Origin: Escherichia coli
GTDB taxonomy: Bacteria; Pseudomonadota; Gammaproteobacteria; Enterobacterales; Enterobacteriaceae
NCBI RefSeq assembly: GCF_041886205.1
Contig: NZ_CP169029.1
Reading direction: 5' to 3' (one strand)
DNA length: 64,000 nt
Positions 20,620 to 32,538 of the stretch are shown here, piece after piece (the first letter of the stretch is position 1; each line of letters starts with the position of its first letter). The notes under the pieces are model-generated. The model did no database searches. It was given only the letters and a program-made list of their open reading frames with translations, and was not told the origin of the DNA. The translations under genes were made by a program, and so were the position numbers.

Positions 20620-21699
20620 ATGTCTAAGATTTTTGATTTCGTAAAACCTGGCGTAATCACTGGTGATGACGTACAGAAAGTTTTCCAGGTAGCAAAAGAA
20701 AACAACTTCGCACTGCCAGCAGTAAACTGCGTCGGTACTGACTCCATCAACGCCGTACTGGAAACTGCTGCTAAAGTTAAAGCGCCGGTTATCGTTCAGT
20801 TCTCCAACGGTGGTGCTTCCTTTATCGCTGGTAAAGGCGTGAAATCTGACGTTCCGCAGGGTGCTGCTATCCTGGGCGCGATCTCTGGTGCGCATCACGT
20901 TCACCAGATGGCTGAACATTATGGTGTTCCGGTTATCCTGCACACTGACCACTGCGCGAAGAAACTGCTGCCGTGGATCGACGGTCTGTTGGACGCGGGT
21001 GAAAAACACTTCGCAGCTACCGGTAAGCCGCTGTTCTCTTCTCACATGATCGACCTGTCTGAAGAATCTCTGCAAGAGAACATCGAAATCTGCTCTAAAT
21101 ACCTGGAGCGTATGTCCAAAATCGGCATGACTCTGGAAATCGAACTGGGTTGCACCGGTGGTGAAGAAGACGGCGTGGACAACAGCCACATGGACGCTTC
21201 TGCACTGTACACCCAGCCGGAAGACGTTGATTACGCATACACCGAGCTGAGCAAAATCAGCCCGCGTTTCACCATCGCTGCGTCCTTCGGTAACGTACAC
21301 GGTGTTTACAAGCCGGGTAACGTGGTTCTGACTCCGACCATCCTGCGTGATTCTCAGGAATATGTTTCTAAGAAACACAACCTGCCGCACAACAGCCTGA
21401 ACTTCGTATTCCACGGTGGTTCCGGTTCTACTGCTCAGGAAATCAAAGACTCCGTAAGCTACGGCGTAGTAAAAATGAACATCGATACCGATACCCAATG
21501 GGCAACCTGGGAAGGCGTTCTGAACTACTACAAAGCGAACGAAGCTTATCTGCAGGGGCAGTTGGGTAACCCGAAAGGCGAAGATCAGCCGAACAAGAAA
21601 TACTACGATCCGCGCGTATGGCTGCGTGCCGGTCAGACTTCGATGATCGCTCGTCTGGAAAAAGCATTCCAGGAACTGAACGCGATCGACGTTCTGTAA
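20620..21699 (+). CDS. fbaA: Fructose-bisphosphate aldolase class II, 359 aa
   Basis: ORF track 20536..21699; ATG at 20620 gives MSKIFDFVKPGVITGDDVQKVFQVAKENNFALPAVN. Confidence 0.97.
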   Translation: MSKIFDFVKPGVITGDDVQKVFQVAKENNFALPAVNCVGTDSINAVLETAAKVKAPVIVQFSNGGASFIAGKGVKSDVPQGAAILGAISGAHHVHQMAEHYGVPVILHTDHCAKKLLPWIDGLLDAGEKHFAATGKPLFSSHMIDLSEESLQENIEICSKYLERMSKIGMTLEIELGCTGGEEDGVDNSHMDASALYTQPEDVDYAYTELSKISPRFTIAASFGNVHGVYKPGNVVLTPTILRDSQEYVSKKHNLPHNSLNFVFHGGSGSTAQEIKDSVSYGVVKMNIDTDTQWATWEGVLNYYKANEAYLQGQLGNPKGEDQPNKKYYDPRVWLRAGQTSMIARLEKAFQELNAIDVL

Positions 21700-21722
21700 G
21701 ATATTCCTTTCTGCTTATCTCA

Positions 21723-21750
21723 AGGCCCGCTCTGCGGGTCTTTTTTTCGC
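21723..21750 (+). terminator. Rho-independent terminator of fbaA
   Basis: ggcccgc-tct-gcgggtc followed by tttttttcgcc. Confidence 0.8.
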
Positions 21751-21765
21751 CAAAAGCAAAATTGC

Positions 21766-21862
21766 CTGATGCGCTACGCTTATCAGGCCTACACGTATCC
21801 TGCAATATATTGAATTTGCAGGTTTTTGTAGGCCGGATAAGGCGTTCACGCCGCATCCGGCA
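21766..21862. repeat. REP/BIME pair between fbaA and mscS
   Basis: gcctgatgcgctacgcttatcaggcctac and gtaggccggataaggcgttcacgccgcatccggca in inverted orientation. Confidence 0.7.
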
Positions 21863-22056
21863 TGACAAAGCGCACATTGATATCTGTCTGAGCCCCGCTC
21901 TGCGGGGATTTTTTCGCTAAAAGCAAGGTGATTCAGATGAGAAATCTGTGATCTATTTGGCAAAATTATGCTTTATTGTTTACCCTTGTCAGACTGCCCG
22001 TCATAAGGCGGCGGAGTGTATTTCTCCATTTTGAGTCAGTTGAAAAGGAATATTGA

Positions 22057-22917
<861 letters not shown>

Positions 22918-23055
22918 TCAACGCTGAGGCCAGATAATACTCTCTGGCCTCTCTCTTATTAGTTATTCTGATTGCCAATTAATATTATCAATTTCCGCTA
23001 ATAACAATCCCGCGATATAGTCTCTGCATCAGATACTTAATTCGGAATATCCAAC

Positions 23056-23691
23056 GTGTTTTCTTATTACTTTCAAGGTCTTGCTCTTGGGGCAGCTATG
23101 ATTCTGCCGCTCGGCCCACAAAATGCTTTTGTGATGAATCAGGGCATTCGTCGTCAGTACCACATTATGATTGCCTTACTTTGCGCTATCAGCGATTTGG
23201 TCCTGATTTGCGCGGGGATTTTTGGTGGTAGCGCGTTATTGATGCAGTCGCCGTGGTTGCTGGCGCTGGTCACCTGGGGCGGCGTAGTCTTCTTGCTGTG
23301 GTATGGTTTTGGCGCTTTTAAAACAGCGATGAGTAGTAATATTGAGTTAGCTAGTGCCGAAGTCCTGAAGCAAGGCAGATGGAAAATTATCGCCACCATG
23401 TTGGCAGTGACCTGGCTGAATCCGCATGTTTACCTGGATACTTTTGTTGTACTGGGCAGCCTTGGCGGGCAGCTTGACGTCGAACCAAAACGTTGGTTTG
23501 CGCTCGGGACAATTAGCGCTTCTTTCCTGTGGTTCTTTGGTCTGGCTATTCTCGCAGCCTGGCTGGCACCGCGCCTGCGCACGGCAAAATCACAGCGCAT
23601 TATCAATCTGGTAGTGGGATGTGTCATGTGGTTTATAGCCTTGCAGCTGGCGAGAGACGGTATTGCTCATGCACAAGCCTTGTTCAGTTAG
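23056..23691 (+). CDS. argO: Arginine exporter (LysE family), 211 aa
   Basis: ORF track 23056..23691, GTG start; LysE/ArgO-type membrane protein. Confidence 0.9.
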   Translation: MFSYYFQGLALGAAMILPLGPQNAFVMNQGIRRQYHIMIALLCAISDLVLICAGIFGGSALLMQSPWLLALVTWGGVVFLLWYGFGAFKTAMSSNIELASAEVLKQGRWKIIATMLAVTWLNPHVYLDTFVVLGSLGGQLDVEPKRWFALGTISASFLWFFGLAILAAWLAPRLRTAKSQRIINLVVGCVMWFIALQLARDGIAHAQALFS

Positions 23692-23783
23692 GCGCTATCT
23701 GATGGAAAAATAAAACAGAGGCGCTAAGCTTGCCTCCAGAGGTCCTGAATTTTGGGCAAGTCAATTAACACGGAGAGACTAAC

Positions 23784-24524
23784 GTGAAGTTCAAAGTTAT
23801 CGCCCTGGCGGCATTAATGGGTATTAGCGGGATGGCAGCGCAGGCTAACGAATTGCCGGATGGACCGCATATTGTCACCTCCGGTACGGCAAGTGTGGAT
23901 GCGGTGCCAGACATTGCCACTCTTGCGATTGAAGTTAACGTGGCCGCGAAGGATGCCGCTACAGCCAAGAAACAGGCAGATGAGCGCGTCGCACAATACA
24001 TTTCCTTCCTTGAACTCAATCAGATCGCGAAAAAAGATATCAGCTCAGCGAATTTACGCACCCAGCCAGATTATGATTATCAGGATGGTAAAAGTATCCT
24101 GAAAGGCTACCGCGCTGTGAGAACGGTGGAAGTCACGCTCCGTCAGTTAGACAAACTGAATTCCTTGCTGGATGGCGCGCTGAAGGCGGGTCTTAACGAA
24201 ATTCGTTCAGTGTCGCTGGGCGTGGCGCAGCCGGATGCCTATAAAGACAAAGCGCGTAAGGCAGCGATTGATAACGCGATTCATCAGGCGCAGGAACTGG
24301 CGAACGGCTTTCATCGTAAACTGGGGCCGGTATATAGCGTGCGCTACCATGTTTCCAACTATCAGCCCAGCCCAATGGTGCGGATGATGAAAGCCGATGC
24401 CGCGCCGGTGTCTGCCCAGGAAACTTACGAGCAGGCCGCTATTCAGTTTGATGATCAGGTCGATGTGGTCTTCCAGTTAGAACCTGTGGATCAACAACCC
24501 GCTAAAACACCTGCAGCACAATAA
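23784..24524 (+). CDS. yggE: Periplasmic SIMPL/DUF541-family protein YggE, 246 aa
   Basis: ORF track 23784..24524, GTG start; signal peptide MKFKVIALAALMGISGMAAQA. Confidence 0.9.
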   Translation: MKFKVIALAALMGISGMAAQANELPDGPHIVTSGTASVDAVPDIATLAIEVNVAAKDAATAKKQADERVAQYISFLELNQIAKKDISSANLRTQPDYDYQDGKSILKGYRAVRTVEVTLRQLDKLNSLLDGALKAGLNEIRSVSLGVAQPDAYKDKARKAAIDNAIHQAQELANGFHRKLGPVYSVRYHVSNYQPSPMVRMMKADAAPVSAQETYEQAAIQFDDQVDVVFQLEPVDQQPAKTPAAQ

Positions 24525-24690
24525 TACTTGTAGCCCGACGTATTCGTCGGGCTAATGCCTTTACCCGATATTGCCTCCTTTTTCTGTAATTTTCTGTAAA
24601 ACCATGACGTAATCACCTATCTTTGCTCGCGGTTTCATCAAGGATAGGCTGACTGAAACGGTTAAGCGGACAAGGATGCGGGGAGGGGGG

Positions 24691-25587
24691 ATGGACATTT
24701 TTATTTCGAAAAAGATGCGCAATTTCATTTTATTAGCGCAAACCAATAATATTGCCCGGGCGGCAGAAAAAATCCATATGACGGCTTCGCCATTTGGTAA
24801 AAGCATTGCCGCGCTGGAAGAACAAATTGGCTATACGCTATTTACCCGCAAAGATAATAATATCAGCCTCAATAAAGCCGGTCAGGAACTGTATCAAAAA
24901 CTGTTCCCGGTTTATCAACGACTTTCTGCGATTGATAATGAAATCCATAACTCAGGGCGTCGTTCACGAGAAATTGTGATTGGCATAGATAATACTTATC
25001 CGACAATTATTTTCGATCAGTTGATTAGTCTCGGAGATAAGTATGAAGGCGTGACCGCCCAGCCAGTTGAGTTCAGCGAAAACGGCGTTATCGATAATCT
25101 TTTTGACCGTCAGTTAGATTTTATTATCTCCCCACAGCATGTATCTGCACGAGTTCAGGAACTGGAAAACCTGACTATCAGTGAATTACCACCGCTGCGA
25201 TTGGGCTTTCTCGTTTCTCGCCGTTATGAAGAGCGTCAAGAGCAAGAGCTGCTTCAGGAGCTGCCCTGGCTACAAATGCGCTTTCAAAACCGGGCTAACT
25301 TCGAAGCAATGATTGATGCGAATATGCGACCTTGTGGGATCAATCCAACCATTATTTATCGTCCCTACAGTTTTATGGCCAAAATCAGCGCCGTGGAGCG
25401 CGGACATTTTCTGACGGTGATCCCGCATTTTGCCTGGCGACTGGTGAATCCGGCAACGCTGAAATATTTTGATGCACCGCACAGGCCGATGTATATGCAG
25501 GAATATCTTTATTCAATCAGAAATCATCGTTATACCGCCACGATGCTTCAGCATATTGCTGAAGATCGTGACGGGACAAACCATTAA
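24691..25587 (+). CDS. ygfI: LysR-family transcriptional regulator, 298 aa
   Basis: ORF track 24676..25587; ATG at 24691 with strong RBS (ggggagggggg); N-terminal wHTH (ARAAEKIHMTASPFGKSIAALEEQIG). The stop overlaps the scpC stop by 4 bp. Confidence 0.88.
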   Translation: MDIFISKKMRNFILLAQTNNIARAAEKIHMTASPFGKSIAALEEQIGYTLFTRKDNNISLNKAGQELYQKLFPVYQRLSAIDNEIHNSGRRSREIVIGIDNTYPTIIFDQLISLGDKYEGVTAQPVEFSENGVIDNLFDRQLDFIISPQHVSARVQELENLTISELPPLRLGFLVSRRYEERQEQELLQELPWLQMRFQNRANFEAMIDANMRPCGINPTIIYRPYSFMAKISAVERGHFLTVIPHFAWRLVNPATLKYFDAPHRPMYMQEYLYSIRNHRYTATMLQHIAEDRDGTNH

Positions 25588-27062
25588 CCCAGCATCGAGC
25601 CGGTTGCAATTAAATTACGGTGTAAGTCGAAGACGTGGCTAAGATCGTGGTGAATATGTCCGCCGGGCGCATTTTCCAGATAGCGATGCAGATAATCCCG
25701 ATACATAGGATGTGCACAATTATCAATGATAGTGCGGGCGCGTTGAAGCGGGGAAAGACCGCGCAGATCGGCGATCCCTTGTTCGGTGATGATCACTTTG
25801 ACGCTGTGTTCGCTGTGATCAACATGGCTGCACATTGGCACGACGGTTGAGATCTTGCCTTCTTTAGCAATCGACGGAGCCATAAAGATCGACAGATACG
25901 CGTTGCGTTCAAAATCACCGCTGCCGCCGATGCCGTTCATCAGATCGACCCCGGCTACGTGCGTTGAGTTGGCATGCCCGTAAATATCAAACTCCAGGCC
26001 GACGTTCAGAGCGATGACGCCCAGACGACGGATGATTTCCGGGTTATTGGAAATCTCCTGCGGACGCAACACAATGCGGCTGGCAAAGTAATCCATATTG
26101 TCGTAAATCTTGCGCAGGGAATCGGCCGAGATTGTCAGGCTGGAGGCGCTGGCCCCGCTGATTTTGCCGGTTTCCAGTAAATGCACCACCGATTCCTGTA
26201 GCACTTCCGAATACATCATAAAAGGAGGAATTTCCGGATTTTCCCCCAGACGCGCCATTACCGCATTATTGATGTTGCCCACGCCACTTTGCAGCGGCAG
26301 AAATTCCGGCGGAATACGCCCATGCGCCATTTCCTGCAACAAGAACGTGACCACGTTATCGGCAATCTGCTGGCACATGGGATTTTGCTTATCCAGCGTA
26401 TTACCGGCATCGGGCAAGTTGGTTTCCACGACGGCGACAATCTTTTTCGGATCGATTTGCACATAGCGGGTACCGACGCGATCCATTGCATGGAAGATCG
26501 ACACGCTATTGCGCCGCGGTGGCGCGCCAGGAATCACAATATCCGCCAGTTCTGCAACGCGCGGATCGTGATAGTGATTGAGTTCAATGATCACTTTCTT
26601 CGCTCGCAGCAGCCAGGTCGGCGCATTACCGATCCCGCTGGTTAACCAGACTCGACCATCCGGTGCCAGTGCCGATGCTTCAATGACGGCAACATCAATG
26701 TCGCCGAAGAAACCGTAATTGACCATTTGCGCCACTTCGCTCAAATGCAGGTCAACGAAACTCACCGCGCCCTGATTGATCTTTTTACGTAAACCGGACG
26801 ATGTTTGATATGGTGCACGCCAGGAAACAGCATCGGCGTCAGAAAGTACATCGTCAGCGGCGGCGCTGATTGACGCACCCGTCAGCAGGCGAATTTGATA
26901 CGGCTTTTTGGCCTCATGCTGTTCGTTAGCTCTGCGGGCAATCGCGGTGGGTAGGGCTTTCGGCGAACCCGCCGGGGTAAAGCCGCTAAATGCCACCATG
27001 TCGTTATGCTGGATAATTTCTGCCGCTTCATCGGCGGTCATCCTTGTCCACTGAGTTTCCAT
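25584..27062 (-). CDS. scpC: Propionyl-CoA:succinate CoA transferase, 492 aa
   Basis: ORF track 25584..27062 minus; acetyl-CoA hydrolase/transferase family. Confidence 0.95.
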   Translation of the reverse strand: METQWTRMTADEAAEIIQHNDMVAFSGFTPAGSPKALPTAIARRANEQHEAKKPYQIRLLTGASISAAADDVLSDADAVSWRAPYQTSSGLRKKINQGAVSFVDLHLSEVAQMVNYGFFGDIDVAVIEASALAPDGRVWLTSGIGNAPTWLLRAKKVIIELNHYHDPRVAELADIVIPGAPPRRNSVSIFHAMDRVGTRYVQIDPKKIVAVVETNLPDAGNTLDKQNPMCQQIADNVVTFLLQEMAHGRIPPEFLPLQSGVGNINNAVMARLGENPEIPPFMMYSEVLQESVVHLLETGKISGASASSLTISADSLRKIYDNMDYFASRIVLRPQEISNNPEIIRRLGVIALNVGLEFDIYGHANSTHVAGVDLMNGIGGSGDFERNAYLSIFMAPSIAKEGKISTVVPMCSHVDHSEHSVKVIITEQGIADLRGLSPLQRARTIIDNCAHPMYRDYLHRYLENAPGGHIHHDLSHVFDLHRNLIATGSMLG

Positions 27063-27085
27063 TTTTACTCCTTCGTTCGCAGGGA

Positions 27086-27871
27086 TTAATGACCAACGAA
27101 ATTAGGTTTACGTTTTTCGAGGAAAGCGTTCATTCCTTCCTGGTAATCTTCGCTGTCATAAACCGCGCGGCGCATCCCCTGAATACGTTCAAATTCATCG
27201 GAGTTCATGGTGTGCGCTTCGCCCAGTACACGCAGCTCTTCTTTGATAACAGCAATGGCTAACGGCGCTTTCTCAGAGATGTGGTGCGCCATTTGTAAGG
27301 TGAAATCTTCCAGTTCCTCCACTTCCACAACATGGTTGAGGATGCCGACAGCCAACGCGCGCTGGGCGGTGATTGGCGAAGCGGTAAAAATCAGTTCTTT
27401 AACAATGTGGAAGCCCGCGTCGCGGGTCAGGTTGTGAATACCGACCAGGTTATACGGGACGCCGAGGTTTACAGGCGTCATTGAGAAGGTTGAGGTATTG
27501 GCGGCGATGATCAGATCGGAACTCATGATCATTTCAAATGCGCCACCCCAAACACTACCTTCCACCATCGAAATGATCGGTTTCGGGAATTTTTGGATCA
27601 TGCGGGTGATTTGACGCAACGGATCATCATAGGAGAGCGGATCGCGACCGCCAGACGGCAGTTCGTGAATATCGTGGCCTGCGGAGAAGACTTTGGATCC
27701 ACTCGGCGCGCGCAAAATGATACAGCGAATTTCGGGCCGGTTGAGATCGCTTAATGCCTGCATAAGATCATCAATAAAGACTTTACTTAAGGCATTAAGT
27801 TTGCGGCCATAGTTAAACTCAATGACCGCCACTTTGTTGATAGTGACAACGTTAACATACTGATAAGACAT
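27086..27871 (-). CDS. scpB: Methylmalonyl-CoA decarboxylase (crotonase fold), 261 aa
   Basis: ORF track 27086..27913; ATG at rc 27869-27871 gives MSYQYVNVVTINKVAVIEFNYGRKLNAL. Confidence 0.93.
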   Translation of the reverse strand: MSYQYVNVVTINKVAVIEFNYGRKLNALSKVFIDDLMQALSDLNRPEIRCIILRAPSGSKVFSAGHDIHELPSGGRDPLSYDDPLRQITRMIQKFPKPIISMVEGSVWGGAFEMIMSSDLIIAANTSTFSMTPVNLGVPYNLVGIHNLTRDAGFHIVKELIFTASPITAQRALAVGILNHVVEVEELEDFTLQMAHHISEKAPLAIAVIKEELRVLGEAHTMNSDEFERIQGMRRAVYDSEDYQEGMNAFLEKRKPNFVGH

Positions 27872-27881
27872 AAAAATTCCT

Positions 27882-28877
27882 TTAATCAAAATATTGCGTC
27901 TGGATAAATTCACTGAGCTGCCGCAGGCCGGTGCGCGGTGAGAGCGTATTGTTTTTGACCGCTAAAAGCGTCTGGCGGTAATAGCGATCGAAATCTTCAT
28001 TCGCGAACAGGTGATTCAGTACTTCTTCTTCGGTCTGCTTACGCAGCCATTCCACCGATTGTTGTTGCCGCACTTGTTGTAAACGACCACTGGCAGTTAG
28101 CGCGGTTTTGAAGTCGATGATGGCGTGCCAGATCTCATCGATTCCACGTTTTTCCAGTGCGCTACAAGTCAGAACCCGTGGCTGCCATTCGTCGTATTTA
28201 CGTCGCAGAATATGCAGGGCACTCTCGTACATATGCCGGGCAATGGCGACATTGGTATGGTTATCGCCATCGTCTTTGTTGATAACGAGCAGATCAGCCA
28301 CTTCCATCAGCCCTTTTTTAATGCCCTGCAGATCATCGCCGCCACCGGCAATTTGCAACGAGATAAAACAGTCCACCATGCGGGCGACTTCCGTTTCCGA
28401 CTGCCCGACGCCAACCGTTTCGACAATCACTACGTCATAACCCGCCGCTTCGCATAACAGCATTAATTCCCGCGCTCGCTGACTGGCACCGCCCAGATGA
28501 CCGGAGGATGGTACCGGGCGAATAAACGCCGCTTCGGCACGCGCCAGGTCATTCATGCGGGTTTTATCCCCGAGAATGCTACCGCCAGTGACCGGGCTGC
28601 TGGGATCGACCGCAATAACCGCGACCTTTAATCCCTCACGAATCAACAACATGCCAAAGGCTTCAAGAAAGGTACTTTTCCCCGCGCCGGGTGTGCCGGT
28701 AACGCCCAGTCGCAGGGCGTTACCGCAGTACGGCATAATGGCATCAAGCAGTTGCGTACTTAGCGCCTGATGACGCGGGTGACGGCTTTCCACCAGCGTC
28801 ATGGCCTGGGCGAGTGTGGCACGCTCACCCTGACGTAAGCGGCGAATACTTTCTGCCAGCGTGGCTTCATTAATCAT
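27882..28877 (-). CDS. argK: MeaB/ArgK-type G-protein chaperone for methylmalonyl-CoA mutase, 331 aa
   Basis: ORF track 27882..28877; P-loop GTPGAGKST; the start overlaps the scpA stop by 8 bp. Confidence 0.95.
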   Translation of the reverse strand: MINEATLAESIRRLRQGERATLAQAMTLVESRHPRHQALSTQLLDAIMPYCGNALRLGVTGTPGAGKSTFLEAFGMLLIREGLKVAVIAVDPSSPVTGGSILGDKTRMNDLARAEAAFIRPVPSSGHLGGASQRARELMLLCEAAGYDVVIVETVGVGQSETEVARMVDCFISLQIAGGGDDLQGIKKGLMEVADLLVINKDDGDNHTNVAIARHMYESALHILRRKYDEWQPRVLTCSALEKRGIDEIWHAIIDFKTALTASGRLQQVRQQQSVEWLRKQTEEEVLNHLFANEDFDRYYRQTLLAVKNNTLSPRTGLRQLSEFIQTQYFD

Positions 28878-31014
28878 GATGCTGGCTTATCAGATTCAGT
28901 ACGTCGCGCACACTGTCGAGCATAGGTGTACCTGGACCATAAATCGCCGCCACGCCGCGCTCTTGCAGGAAGGCGTAATCCTGCGGTGGAATGACGCCAC
29001 CGGCGACTACGCAGATATCTTCGCGTCCCCATTTTTTCAGCGCTTCGACCAGTTCCGGGATCAGCGTTTTATGACCGGCAGCCAGTGAGGATGCGCCCAC
29101 TACGTGAACGTCGTTTTCTACGGCCAGGCGGGCGATCTCTTCAGGTGTAGAGAACATCGGGCTTAAATCTACGTCGAAACCGAGATCGGAATAGGCGCTG
29201 GCGATCACTTTTGCGCCGCGATCGTGCCCATCCTGGCCCATTTTAGCGATCAGAATGCGCGGGCGACGACCATTGTCGGCAAGGAACTGCTCCGTTTGCG
29301 CAACAATGGCATCGAACTCGGAGGCCGATTTCTCAGATTGATGATAGCTTTGCGCAATCACGCCGGTAACACACTGGCTTGGCACCAGATAACGGTCGAA
29401 AGCGGCTTCCAGCGCATCGGAAATTTCACCCAGGGTGGCGCGAACGCGAGCGGCATTAACAGCGGCAGCCAGCAGGTTTTCGTTATGCTGTGCGGCGTGA
29501 GTCAGGGCGTTCAACGCGGCGGTTACGGCGGCATCATCACGGGTGGCGCGAATGCGTTCCAGCGAAGCAATTTGCTCGTTACGCACCATCACGTTGTCGA
29601 TCTCAAGTACATCGGTTTCGTCTTCGTGATCCAGTTTGTACTTGTTGACACCAACGATGACACGTTTGCCCTGGTCGATAAGCGACTGTTCGCGCGCTGA
29701 GGCCTCTTCGATCATTCGTTTTGGCAGACCTGCTTCGATCGCTTTCGCCATGCCACCGGCTTCGTCGATCTGTTGGATAATGGCTCTGGCTTGTTTGACG
29801 ATTTGATCGGTCAGCGACTCAACGTAATAGGATCCGGCCAGCGGATCGACGGTGCGGCAGAGTTCTGATTCTTCCTGGATGATGATCTGGGTGTTGCGGG
29901 CAATGCGTGCGGAGAAATCGGTAGGCAAACCAAGCGCTTCGTCAAAGGCGTTGGTATGCAGTGACTGAGTACCGCCCAGCGTCGCAGCCAGTGCTTCAAT
30001 GGTGGTGCGGATAACGTTGTTATACGGATCCTGTTCAGTCAGGCTCCAGCCTGAGGTCTGGCAGTGGGTACGCAGCGCCAGTGATTTCGGGTCCTGTGCG
30101 CCAAATCCACTGACCGCTTCGCTCCATAAATAACGTGCCGCACGCAACATGGCGACGTTCATAAACAGATCCATGCCGATGCCGAAGAAGAACGACAGGC
30201 GAGGAGCGAAGTCATCAATTTTCAGCCCGGCGGAGATTGCTGCTTTGATGTACTCAATCCCATCGGCGAGCGTAAATGCTACCTGCTGCACGCAGTTGGC
30301 ACCCGCTTCACCCATGTGGTAACCGCTGATACTGATGGTATTAAATCGCGGCATGTTGCCAGAACACCAGGCGATGATGTCGGCGATAATGCGCATTGAC
30401 GGTTTTGGCGGGTAAATATAGGTGTTGCGGCAAAGATACTCTTTGAGGATATCGTTTTGAATGGTGCCGGTCAGTTTATCAGGTGTAACACCTTGCTCTT
30501 CTGCGGCGACGATATAAAACGCCAGTACTGGTAGCACTGCGCCATTCATGGTCATCGAAACCGACATTTTTTCCAGCGGGATCTGGTCGAACAGGACTTT
30601 CATATCTTCCACGGTGTCGATAGCGACGCCCGCTTTGCCGACGTCGCCCGCCACGCGCGGGTTATCGGAGTCGTAGCCTCGGTGGGTGGCAAGGTCAAAC
30701 GCAACGGAAAGACCTTTTTGCCCGGCGGCCAGGTTACGGCGATAAAAAGCGTTGGACTCTTTTGCTGTTGAAAAACCAGCATACTGACGGATGGTCCACG
30801 GTTGGGCGGTATACATAGTGGCACGCGGGCCACGAACGTAGGGCGGCAAACCAGGAAGGGTACCTGTCACCTCCAGATTATCGAGATCGGCTTCGGTATA
30901 CAGCGGCTTGATGGCGATCCCTTCCGCGGTTTGCTGAACCAGCGAGTCGACAGTTTTCTCCCGACGGCTCAATTCCTTGTTGGCAAGCTGTTGCCACTCC
31001 TGCACGTTAGACAT
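28870..31014 (-). CDS. scpA: Methylmalonyl-CoA mutase (B12-dependent), 714 aa
   Basis: ORF track 28870..31035; ATG at rc 31012-31014 gives [40 protein letters not shown]. Confidence 0.96.
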   Translation of the reverse strand: MSNVQEWQQLANKELSRREKTVDSLVQQTAEGIAIKPLYTEADLDNLEVTGTLPGLPPYVRGPRATMYTAQPWTIRQYAGFSTAKESNAFYRRNLAAGQKGLSVAFDLATHRGYDSDNPRVAGDVGKAGVAIDTVEDMKVLFDQIPLEKMSVSMTMNGAVLPVLAFYIVAAEEQGVTPDKLTGTIQNDILKEYLCRNTYIYPPKPSMRIIADIIAWCSGNMPRFNTISISGYHMGEAGANCVQQVAFTLADGIEYIKAAISAGLKIDDFAPRLSFFFGIGMDLFMNVAMLRAARYLWSEAVSGFGAQDPKSLALRTHCQTSGWSLTEQDPYNNVIRTTIEALAATLGGTQSLHTNAFDEALGLPTDFSARIARNTQIIIQEESELCRTVDPLAGSYYVESLTDQIVKQARAIIQQIDEAGGMAKAIEAGLPKRMIEEASAREQSLIDQGKRVIVGVNKYKLDHEDETDVLEIDNVMVRNEQIASLERIRATRDDAAVTAALNALTHAAQHNENLLAAAVNAARVRATLGEISDALEAAFDRYLVPSQCVTGVIAQSYHQSEKSASEFDAIVAQTEQFLADNGRRPRILIAKMGQDGHDRGAKVIASAYSDLGFDVDLSPMFSTPEEIARLAVENDVHVVGASSLAAGHKTLIPELVEALKKWGREDICVVAGGVIPPQDYAFLQERGVAAIYGPGTPMLDSVRDVLNLISQHHD

Positions 31015-31217
31015 TATTTGCTCCGTAAAACGCAATCAAAATGAGGGTATTTGCGCCTACGGTGAGCTTTTTACGTGGGTTTGTCGCCAGCAAAAAAAAT
31101 GCATTCAGACGTCGTTTTTTGCCGCCTGAGATTTGTCTATTTTGTGATGTGATTCAAGGAATACAAAAAGAAGTGAGGGAAATGCCTGATATGTGCTATC
31201 AGGCATTATTTGATGGA

Positions 31218-32111
31218 TTAATCCTGACGAAGGACTTTGTGACCATAATCGAGTAACGCATCAGTGACTTTACGCATCATGCGGCTTTCAGGAGCAAAGC
31301 GGTGCCAGTAGAGCATCCGTCGTTGAAATAGCCCAGGCGTTAAGTCAATCAGTTCACCGCTGGCCAGCTCTTTCTCGATTTGCAGGTGCGGGATCATACA
31401 GCAGGTGGTGCCCTGGCGAGCAAGTTGTACGAACGCTTCTGAAGAATTAACGATATGGCAGGGTACGCTGCCTGGAGGCAGATCGAAGTTTTGCTGCAAA
31501 AAGGCCTGGTGCATATCGTCAAGATGGTCAAACGCGACCACTGGCGCTTTCAGTAATGCCGAACGCGTTACGCCGTTAGGGAAATATTTTTCGGCAAAGG
31601 GTTTTGAGCTGACGAACAGATAGTCGAGCGCACCGAGCTTATCGACAAGACAACTCGGCAGCGCCTGATGTTGAATACTCACCGCGCCGACCACTTCGCC
31701 GCGGCGCAGACGTTCCTGAGTGCGGGTTTCATCTTCTACCTGCAAGTTGAGGCGGATAGGCGAATCAGCCAACACAGGAGCCAGTGCCGGAAGCAACCAC
31801 GTCGCCAGACTGTCGGCGTTGACCGCCAGTGAAAGCAGCAGCGGAGTCGAACCGGTTTGTTCATCGCCCAGCCACTCTTCTTCCAGCAACTCCACCTGGC
31901 GCAGCAGTGCCAGCAGTTTTTGCCCTTGTTCCGTCGGGCGCGGCGGTACGGTACGCACCAACAGCGGCTGCCCGAACATATTTTCCAGTTGCTTAATGCG
32001 CTGTGAGACGGCTGATTGTGTAATGCACAGCTTTTGTGCCGCGCGCTCAAATCCTCGTTCACGTATCACCGCATCCAGTGCCTGTAATGTTCTGTAGTCC
32101 GGGCGTTTCAT
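31218..32111 (-). CDS. argP: LysR-family regulator ArgP (IciA), 297 aa
   Basis: ORF track 31218..32177; ATG at rc 32109-32111 gives [43 protein letters not shown]. Confidence 0.95.
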
Positions 32112-32252
32112 TGCTGTTGTCTGCTCCTGGTAAATGCTTTTTCCTGCACTATGACACAATTTTGTGTCAGGTTGCATATACCGAAGCCGTCGGCGGGTAA
32201 CATTTGTATTCGTGGTTAAACGCGCAGCTTAAAAGATCAGGGATGTGCGCTA

Positions 32253-32483
32253 ATGCATTTCGCTCAGCGAGTTCGCGCCCTGGTTGTGTTGAATGGCGTG
32301 GCGTTATTGCCTCAATTTGCCTGTAAACAGGGGCTTGCGAACGGTGAACTGGTGCGCCTGTTTGCACCGTGGAGCGGCATACCCAGATTGTTGCATGCCT
32401 TATTTGCGGGGCGAAAGGGGATGCCTGCCATTGCGCGATATTTTATGGATGAGTTAACCACGCGGCTTGCCAACGGGGTCTGA
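32253..32483 (+). pseudogene. yqfE: Fragment of a LysR-family regulator (C-terminal effector-domain remnant), yqfE-like
   Basis: 76-aa ORF (MHFAQRVRALVVLNGVALLPQFACKQGLANGELVRLFAPWSG...) resembles only the C-terminal end of a LysR substrate-binding domain; no HTH domain upstream. Confidence 0.5.
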
Positions 32484-32538
32484 ATCGCTTTTTTTGTATA
32501 TAATGCGTGTGAAATTTCATACCACAGGCGAAACGATC

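Noticed and set aside
20524-21498. 324-aa minus-strand ORF
   Set aside because: Antisense to fbaA; a shadow ORF.
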